Shown: positions 1-6,676, numbered from the stretch's first letter. The stretch: DNA of 6,676 nucleotides from Paraspadella gotoi (GCA_051294375.1 JBJCIZ010001049.1:1-6676); one strand, 5' to 3'. A program made the numbers and translations. Notes: generated from the sequence alone by a model not told the origin.

Positions 1-140
1 ATTACCCACCTCATGATCGACCGTCAGAAATGGACAACAACTCTGTCAAAAGTTATTAAAAATTGACGAAATTCTTCTACTATTATCATTGATAATAATT
101 AAAACTGTGTTTAATGATTATAATTTTTTTACAGGCTTAG

Positions 141-523
141 NNNNNNNNNNNNNNNNNNNNNNNNNNNNNNNNNNNNNNNNNNNNNNNNNNNNNNNNNNNN
201 NNNNNNNNNNNNNNNNNNNNNNNNNNNNNNNNNNNNNNNNNNNNNNNNNNNNNNNNNNNNNNNNNNNTAACCATTTTCTCGTTCAGGACTTGAACATACA
301 TTAATTTGAAAATATGGTCATTGGTTAAATTTTTAATATAAAGAAGANNNNNNNNNNTGTTTCATTAATTAAATTTTGCTGAATAATGTCGTAAATACAA
401 AATAAAAATATCTAGATTTCTTCAAAGACTTAATTTTTAATTGTTCACTTAGGCAAAGGGGGTGGGAGATCTGACCTGAGGGTTGGGTGTGTTTGATTNN
501 NNNNNNNNNNNNNNNNNNNNNNN
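141..523. other. N-masked low-confidence zone (N runs 141-267, 348-357, 499-523)
   Basis: N runs occur only at the two ends of the window (also 5955-6019, 6273-6485, 6558-6567), which suggests a poorly supported consensus at both ends. Confidence 0.9.
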
Positions 524-967
524 CCGGGCTTCTGGCATTTCTTGATCCTCAGTTGGACGCAAAGCCAAATGCGTTGGCGTTGATAGTAATTTGAGGTGAT
601 TGCGCAGTGTGAATACAACTATTATAATGCTCGTTAACATTTCAGGTATTTTTGTCTTTATTAGTCACCAATGTAAACTTTCAATAAATTTAATCATATC
701 ATATTATTGTAATTTTATTGTATATTAGTTCTAATTTTAATTATTTTTGTTTTTAGGAACCGAAACAAAAATTAGTTTGACCTGACCAATGACCGACAGA
801 CAGAGAACAAGGGTTTGACATCATCGAATTTCTTAGAAAGAACACCCTTGTTAAAATCATTAATTGAATTAATTAGAACAATCTTAATCATTTCCTCGTC
901 AGTAACACTTGCCTTTCCTAAATAATTACCCATCATTTTTTTATATTAAACCTCAGCGATACTGTTC

Positions 968-1105
968 ATTAGTGATAATGATAATTCCTTTCTTTAACTC
1001 ATAATGATAGTCACAGTGATAATAAAATATATGTTTCGCCGCTCAAACGATGTCTGATATCGACAACCAAAGACGCCGCGACTTATCTCTCAAAATGTAA
1101 TGTAA
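968..1105 (+). repeat. Direct repeat A, copy 1 (partner 6027-6140)
   Basis: 973-1013 matches 6031-6070 at 34/41 aligned columns by eye. gctcaaacgatgtctgatatcga matches gttcaaattatatcgtatatcga at 17/23. gccgcga..aaaatgta matches gcagcga..aaaatgta, all in the same order. Confidence 0.7.
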
Positions 1106-1121
1106 ATTTTATATTTAATAT

Positions 1122-1540
1122 TGTTTCGGACTCTTAGGGCTTCGAGTCTTCATCAGCGTTTGAAAATAACAAATATTTGAGGACTTAACAGCGTTAAGTT
1201 TCAACAAGAAGTGACAGTGGCAGTAAGAACAGGCGAAGAAGAAAGAAAGTAAGTTGGTGAAATGCCGAAAATGAGAGAGAGAGCAGAGAGAGAGAGAATA
1301 ATAAATAATTCATGTTTCAATTATCTCTCTCTCTCCTCTTTCTCTCTCTCTCATTTTCACCATTTCGTCATCCAACTTACCTTCTTTTCTTCCTGGGCTT
1401 ACCTTTACCTGTCCTCACTATCTGACCACTGCTCCTTAACTCAATCTTTGTTGGAAACTTTCTTTCTCTTCTCTTCTGTCTTTCTCTCTCTCTCTCACTG
1501 GCCTGAAAACCTCACTTTTGCTTTCAATATATTTCAATTA

Positions 1541-1576
<36 letters not shown>

Positions 1577-1645
1577 TAACTATGTCTCCAAGATATTTGT
1601 TATTGTCAAACGCTGATGAAGACTCGAACCCTAAGAGTCGAAACA
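1122..1645. repeat. Fold-back / long imperfect inverted repeat centred ~1314
   Basis: 1122-1176 is the reverse complement of 1593-1645 (atatttgttattgtcaaacgctgatgaagactcgaaccctaagagtcgaaaca) with 1 mismatch and 2 single-base indels. Inner arms also pair: aagtttcaacaa 1196-1207 / ttgttggaaactt 1448-1460; gtaagttgg 1249-1257 / ccaacttac 1372-1380; gaaaatgagagagag 1267-1281 / ctctctctcattttc 1344-1358; ataatt 1305-1310 / aattat 1319-1324, around an 8-nt spacer. Confidence 0.9.
1273..1576. repeat. (GA)n 1273-1296 and (CT)n tracts 1324-1352, ~1462-1496 and 1541-1576 within the fold-back
   Basis: Directly visible dinucleotide runs. tttcaattatctctctctctc..ctct is also directly duplicated at ~1316 and ~1532. 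Confidence 0.95.
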
Positions 1646-1712
1646 TGCCGTATTTTTCTATCATTAACAAGTTTGAGCAACAATGTCGCGATCTGCCCAC
1701 AATCATTTATCG

Positions 1713-1782
1713 TTAATTAATATAATCAATAATTAATTAATAATTAATTAATAATTAATTAATTCAGTTAAAATAATTAATA
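1713..1782. repeat. TTAATTAA / TAAT low-complexity self-complementary array
   Basis: Repeated ttaattaa units, e.g. taattaattaa-taattaattaa-taattaattaa (~11-nt period) at ~1730-1762. Confidence 0.9.
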
Positions 1783-2111
1783 CATTTAAGTAAGTAGAAG
1801 ATTTCAAGATGAACAAAGCAGATTTTATTCTCAGAAAAGTCACAAGCAAAGAGCGCCGTTGGCGACAGTAAATACAGAAGCCCAATACATGAAGGGAATC
1901 AACGACGCTGGGCTCTCTTCCCGATGGCATGAAAGCCACATCTTCCTCATTGGTGTATTCTCTGGTCCAGGTGATTCGATCCAATCAGAGAGTCCTCGTC
2001 TGACTTTCATACCGAGGTCGACCGATCCGGTTTGGTTCTGATTCGATTCCGATTTGATCCGATATTTTCTCTTTATTCGCTATGCCATCTTCAATGTAAT
2101 TAAAAGCAATC

Positions 2112-2179
2112 TAATTAATTAATTTCATGCCGAAATGTTTGTTTTGATTAATTAATTAACTGCATTAATTAATTATTAA
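2112..2179. repeat. Second TTAATTAA / TAAT array
   Basis: taattaattaatt (2112), attaattaattaa (~2147) and attaattaattattaa (~2164). Confidence 0.85.
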
Positions 2180-2717
2180 ACTGATGTAATCTATTTGTAT
2201 TAATACATCTTGTATTTACATTTAATAAAAAGGAAAAAAAAAGCATTAATCAATTGTTAAAACAAGTTGTTTCGTTTGTTTCGTTTCTCATTCATCAAAC
2301 GCATTCCATCGAGAAACTTAATTCCAGATTAATCACACACTTTCTCTACCCACATTACAAAATTTTATGTCAAATCGCCCCATCCACTCATGAGCAATGG
2401 TGCTTTCAAATTAGGAAATAATATTTTTTGTTTTTTCCAATTTAAACTCATTCCACTCGGACGATTCCATCAAAACTATTCACACATCTTCCTTACCCAC
2501 ACACAAAACTTCATTTCCAATCCATTCCATCCAATCTCGAGTAAATCGGACTTTTTGTTTAGTGGACGCACGGACAGACACGCTGAACGGAGGACATCTG
2601 TTTTTTTTTTGCATCATTTATTCATAATCTCGATATTCTGCATATGCATCATGTGGTTGCCCGACAATATTGAGGGGGGAGCGCCGACGGGACCGTCAAC
2701 AAACCGTGAATATATAG

Positions 2718-2748
2718 AGTCGGGATCTGCCTTATAAGCGATCCGACT
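2718..2748. other. Imperfect palindrome centred on cttataag
   Basis: agtcgg(g)atc(t)gc(c)ttataagcgatccgact; dyad symmetry with three unpaired bases on the left arm. Confidence 0.7.
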
Positions 2749-2820
2749 AAAATCGTTATAAAAAAAACCAACAATACACGTTTTGCTATTTAATATTTTA
2801 TGTATAATAAGAAATAACGC

Positions 2821-3428
2821 CAATCTATCTCTCTTTCTCTCTCTCTTTCTGCTCTCTCTTACTCTTTCTCTCTCTTCTCTTTTCTCTGTAATAACCTACT
2901 AATTTTACAAGAAATAAAAGATTTTTCTGCCGCCGACCATAAAAGCCCAGTTGGCCAACTTGGGGGATTAACGTTTAATTAAGTAAAACCATCAGTTCAC
3001 AGAGATAGGATAGAGTAGCATAATTATTCAGTAGTCAAGTTATGACCTAGCCTTTGTTTGCCTACATATAGGTCAAGTTGCTTGTACCAAATCATTACTG
3101 AAAATTTCGATTATGTAATTTTGCTTACATAGTTGCTATTCATTTCGTAAATGTATTCTCCTATTTTATTATCTTGTACCTATCAACATTTTTTAGGTTA
3201 AAAAAACAACACGGTAGCACTGTTTTTTAAAGCGATTCAACGCGAGATGAGATTCGTCGATCATACCTCCTTATGTGGGTATAAGACACTATGCTTTTGA
3301 CAGAGGCAATGTATAGAGGTGATGAAGGCCGCGAATGAATTATTGTCGCCTTGTTGAGAGGAGATGAGATGCTTGTGATTACTTCACAGCAAATATTGGC
3401 TGAATGAAATCATTTTCACAAAGTTGAC
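2821..3428 (+). repeat. Direct repeat B, copy 1 (partner 6171-6676)
   Basis: Shared colinear blocks: caat+(CT)n; ttacaa.aaata.aagatt..tctgc; agtaaaaccatcagt; ttttaaagcga..caacgcgag.tgagattcg; cctccttatgtg; cactatgcttt; agaggtgatga; ttgtgattacttcaca; attggctgaatgaa.tcattttcacaaagtt.gac. Confidence 0.92.
2824..2887 (+). repeat. Imperfect (CT)n tract
   Basis: tctatctctctttctctctctctttctgctctctcttactctttctctctcttctcttttctct. Confidence 0.93.
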
Positions 3429-3584
3429 GAATGTTTTATTTTTCGACCCCCTCGATGACACAAGACCCCTTAGAAGATTTGAGCGAAAAAGGAAAAAAAA
3501 CCAGGAGAGACGTTTACACCCATGCATTTCATCGCCAAGCCTTCGTGTACATCGCCCAAGACATTCTATTGGATTTCGACGCAA

Positions 3585-3680
3585 AAGAAGCGAGAAACTC
3601 TTATTCGCGCTTCATTCGCGCAAAGAAGAGTAGGAATTGTGTGTGCTTCCTGCCTTTCTTTGTGTGTAGTTTCGCTTCTT
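3585..3680 (+). ncRNA. Long stem-loop (candidate structured RNA element / pre-miRNA-like hairpin)
   Basis: 3617-3636 pairs with 3647-3666 over 20 positions: 15 Watson-Crick, 4 G-U, 1 mismatch, 10-nt loop. It is enclosed by a perfect 9-bp stem, aagaagcga 3585-3593 / tcgcttctt 3672-3680. Expression is not demonstrated. Confidence 0.45.
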
Positions 3681-4319
3681 GGCCGTGCCGTTAGCACCGT
3701 TCCTTTACGGTAGAGGTATTCACGCCGTGCTTGTTTTACTTTCCAACTTTTACGCCTTAAAGTTTCCTCTTTGTTCAATTACTAAATATAATCTTAAATG
3801 AAAGAACTTTATTTGCTTTTAATTTGTCAATTTCTTTAAATCAATTACCTTTCACATGCGGTGAACTCTGAAAGCGCAGACGAGCAAGACGAACGGCCAG
3901 AATGAAGAAATTCGCCCTTGCGCGTTTCATGGAACATCTGTAGAAAAAAGGTTAATGTGAATTAGCCAATTTATGTATTTAAAACTGTAAATAAAAATCT
4001 AGCACTGACTGTACCAGACCGTCGGAGCACGGTCTTTCTAATCTTGTAAAACAATTATGCAGCAATTGTTCGGCATCAGAAAACAAAAAAAATATGTTAT
4101 AAAACAATGGCTTTGATCAAATAAAAAACATTTCTTAAATTCTTTCTTCTCCGCAAATCAAAAAAACCTGGTATATTATGGAAACACAAAAGACGCCAGT
4201 TAAAAAAATGTAGCGGAAATTAAAGAGAAAAAAAAACCAAAATAAGAAAAAAAAGAGAAGAACATGCATTTGCATGAATTTCCAAAGTTCCCAAACGTCC
4301 AAAATTCCTTTCTTTCTGT

Positions 4320-4333
4320 TCTCTCTCTCTCTT

Positions 4334-4407
<74 letters not shown>

Positions 4408-4450
4408 CTACTCTCTCTTTCTCTCTCTCTCTCTCTCTTCTCCTCTTTTT

Positions 4451-4537
<87 letters not shown>

Positions 4538-4564
4538 TCACACACCACTCTCTCTCTCTCTCTC
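4320..4564 (+). repeat. Long imperfect (CT)n microsatellite / polypyrimidine tract
   Basis: About 245 nt of nearly pure CT dinucleotides with short T-run interruptions. It explains the Ser/Leu-rich pseudo-ORFs at 4264 and 4274. Confidence 0.98.
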
Positions 4565-5211
4565 CCCTTTTTTGTTTTTGCAATTCTCTTGTTACCTTTC
4601 TTTCTTTCTTTTTCTTTATTTTTTCCTCATCTTGCCTTAATTGTTCTTCATTTTAACTATTTTCAAATCTATACTTTCGTTTTACCTATTTGTCTTTTTT
4701 TTCATGCTTTCTTTTCTCGCGCTTATCTCTTTCTCCACCCTACGATACGCTTCTCAACGTAGGTTCGACTAAAAGTTGACCAGAATAATAACCTTAAAAT
4801 CACGATACGATCAACCCTGACTTTGACTGCACCAGCACTAATGATGATACTCGACCACCCCTTGGGCAGAACTTTCCCTTCCGCTGGCGCGTTTAGACAA
4901 GCCATGCCCCCTCGGAGGCTAGGGCCTTCGATCTAGTATCGGCGGAATAGCGTGTTTGTAAAAAAATTATTTAATGTTGGCAAGTTCTAGTTTTTAAAAG
5001 ACTAACGATGTTTTTATTAAACAAAAACATGTAAACTAGCCGTAGAATATATATTTCTTTTCTCCAACAAAGGCTCTTCTTTTGGAACACGATTCCTGAT
5101 CCTACTGACTTTTTAGGGCGAGGGGTTTCCAGGTTTCTGTCATCAAACGAGCGAACCAAATCAACATCGAGCTGACAAAGACAAATCTCCATGCATAAAT
5201 TGTAGGTTTTG

Positions 5212-5265
5212 TCTCTCTCTCTCTCTCCTGAGACTGTGTCTCTCTCACTCTCTCTCTCTGTCTCT
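5212..5265 (+). repeat. Interrupted (CT)n tract
   Basis: tctctctctctctctcctgagactgtgtctctctcactctctctctgtctct. Confidence 0.9.
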
Positions 5266-5345
5266 GCAATCACCATAACAGATGTTTACTTCTATAAAAC
5301 GAAAGCGGTCGCATACGAGAGAAGAAAAAATAAATGAACTTCGGT

Positions 5346-5398
5346 GAGAGTTGCGATCGGACGGTGGAATTCGGATTCTGCGTCCCGTCGCACCTCTC
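5346..5398 (+). ncRNA. GC-rich long stem-loop with UCGG loop (candidate structured RNA element)
   Basis: gagagttgcgatcggacggtggaat-tcgg-attctgcgtcccgtcgcacctctc pairs nearly end to end with G-U pairs, two mismatches and one bulge. Confidence 0.45.
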
Positions 5399-5625
5399 CT
5401 GCAACTATCTCAACAGAGCAATCCCAAATTTATATTTTTAGCAGAAACAATTTTCTCTAAATAAAGACCAGATTAAAGCAAGTTGTGTATGCTTCTTGCG
5501 TTTTTCGGCCGTTTTCGGAAACAACATGACAAACAATAAGCTTCAAAGAATTCTAGCGAGCTCAAACGCGTTTCGCTTTTACTTTTCCAATCCTTTGTCT
5601 CTCGTGCTTCTTGCTTCGGACGTTC

Positions 5626-5720
5626 CTCTCTCTCTGCTCTCTCCTCTTCTCCTCTCTCCTCTCCTACCTCAATGGACTGCTCACATCACTCCTCCGTCTC
5701 TCTCGCCTCTCGCGCCTCGC
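5626..5720 (+). repeat. Pyrimidine-rich CT/CCT low-complexity tract
   Basis: ctctctctctgctctctcctcttctcctctctcctctcc ... ctctctcgcctctcgcgcctcg. Confidence 0.8.
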
Positions 5721-6026
5721 CCGAGATACAGGCACACACAGCCAGTTGCCGAGCCTCCAGAAGCACAACGCTCGAGATTCTCAACATGACTCATACTACT
5801 CACGCGAATATAAAAACGTGAGTATAAAATCAATTAAAAATAAACCTCAGTGGCGGGTTAAAAACGAACGTTCTCGAGGCAACGACTTTTTCTCTCTCTA
5901 AAACATTGCTAAAATTAAAAATAAGACAGATACCAATTGTCCCCCTTTTTCCCCNNNNNNNNNNNNNNNNNNNNNNNNNNNNNNNNNNNNNNNNNNNNNN
6001 NNNNNNNNNNNNNNNNNNNGTGATTA

Positions 6027-6140
6027 ATTATGATAATGATAACCCATTCTTGAACTGATAAAGATAGTGAATATGAAATAACTGTTCCAATGTTCAAATT
6101 ATATCGTATATCGAATTAGCAGCGAAAAAATGTATTTATT
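6027..6140 (+). repeat. Direct repeat A, copy 2
   Basis: Colinear degenerate match to 968-1105 (tgataatgataa..ttctt.aact.ataa.gatagt; tcaaa..atatcga; gc.gcga..aaaatgta). Confidence 0.7.
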
Positions 6141-6170
6141 CCCATTATAACTCGAATCAATACTCGTGAT

Positions 6171-6676
6171 CAATTTCTCTCTCTCTCTCTCTCATGTTAC
6201 AAAAAAATACAAGATTGTCTGCGTGCAAAGCAGTGGCAACCTACGATCAACGTTAGTAAAACCATCAGTGTCNNNNNNNNNNNNNNNNNNNNNNNNNNNN
6301 NNNNNNNNNNNNNNNNNNNNNNNNNNNNNNNNNNNNNNNNNNNNNNNNNNNNNNNNNNNNNNNNNNNNNNNNNNNNNNNNNNNNNNNNNNNNNNNNNNNN
6401 NNNNNNNNNNNNNNNNNNNNNNNNNNNNNNNNNNNNNNNNNNNNNNNNNNNNNNNNNNNNNNNNNNNNNNNNNNNNNNNNNNNNNTTTTAAAGCGACCAA
6501 CGCGAGTGAGATTCGCGTCATTCCTCCTTATGTGACAGAGCCACTATGCTTTGACGANNNNNNNNNNAGAGGTGATGAGGCCGGAATGTATTATTTCGCC
6601 GTTGTGAGAGAGAGGAGAGTTGTGATTACTTCACAAGCAATGATTGGCTGAATGAATCATTTTCACAAAGTTTGAC
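6171..6676 (+). repeat. Direct repeat B, copy 2 (indel-rich, N-masked, truncated by window end)
   Basis: Colinear with 2821-3428. The 213-nt N run (6273-6485) replaces ~226 nt of copy 1. The 10-nt N run (6558-6567) replaces ggcaatgtat (3305-3314). Confidence 0.92.

Noticed and set aside
541-556. ttgatcctcag resembling the SSU rRNA 5' end; cgctgaac at 2581 resembling the LSU 5' region
   Set aside because: Only 7-8 nt matches, and the universally conserved flanking rRNA sequence is absent.
1122-1645. MITE / DNA transposon call for the inverted repeat
   Set aside because: No target-site duplication or recognisable TIR family end. The symmetry runs to the centre and probably beyond the apparent ends.
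2718-2750. Helitron 3' end (hairpin + CTRR)
   Set aside because: The CTAA overlaps the stem rather than lying ~10-15 nt downstream, and there is no other Helitron evidence.
3257-3403. U3 snoRNA resemblance (aagac..tatgcttt..cag..tatag, tgatga, ctga)
   Set aside because: Box A (GGAUCAUUUC) and box B are missing, and the spacing is too short for U3.
3384-3778. Cluster of overlapping 63-87 aa ORFs
   Set aside because: No recognisable motif, several frames open in a GC-richer patch, and the region is better explained by hairpins. A spliced exon cannot be fully excluded without blastx.
4215-4626. A/G-rich 4215-4262 pairing with T/C-rich 4584-4626 around the CT tract
   Set aside because: Complementarity between low-complexity tracts is expected by chance.
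4264-4762. 130-aa and 162-aa Ser/Leu-rich ORFs (also 1262-1579, 5496-5789, 5611-5901, 4971-5276)
   Set aside because: They stay open mainly because CT/GA-rich repeats lack stop codons. The translations are SL/RE low-complexity with no recognisable domain.
6166-6651. ORFs spanning N runs (89-304, 449-640, 5915-6097, 6166-6651, 6192-6521)
   Set aside because: Their length comes from Ns. For 6166-6651, the better-resolved copy at 2821-3428 has no matching long ORF.
2821-6676. LTR retrotransposon bounded by repeat B
   Set aside because: No TG..CA ends, primer-binding site or gag/pol remnants were recognised, and block A is duplicated as well.
1-6676. CRISPR array, tRNA or prokaryotic operon
   Set aside because: No regularly spaced 23-47 nt repeats, no cloverleaf with T/D-loop consensus, and very low coding density.

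Overview
AT-rich, apparently non-coding DNA of probable eukaryotic origin, with many (CT)n microsatellites and TTAATTAA arrays. I recognised no protein-coding gene, tRNA, mature rRNA or CRISPR array. The listed ORFs are short or are (CT)n/N-run artefacts. Three structures stand out. (1) A fold-back (inverted duplication) centred near 1314, clear over 1122-1645, with weaker mirror patches possibly reaching 1 versus ~3283. (2) Two direct duplications, 968-1105 ~ 6027-6140 and ~2756-3428 ~ 6146-6676. These blocks are adjacent in the right-hand copy but ~1.65 kb apart in the left-hand copy. (3) A run of stem-loops from ~2550 to ~5825 whose imperfect pairs are mostly G-U on the + strand, suggesting a long structured non-coding transcript such as an rDNA transcribed spacer or a small-RNA precursor cluster. 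The indel-rich duplicates and the N-masked ends mean part of this architecture may be a long-read or assembly artefact. All alignments and pairings were done by eye.
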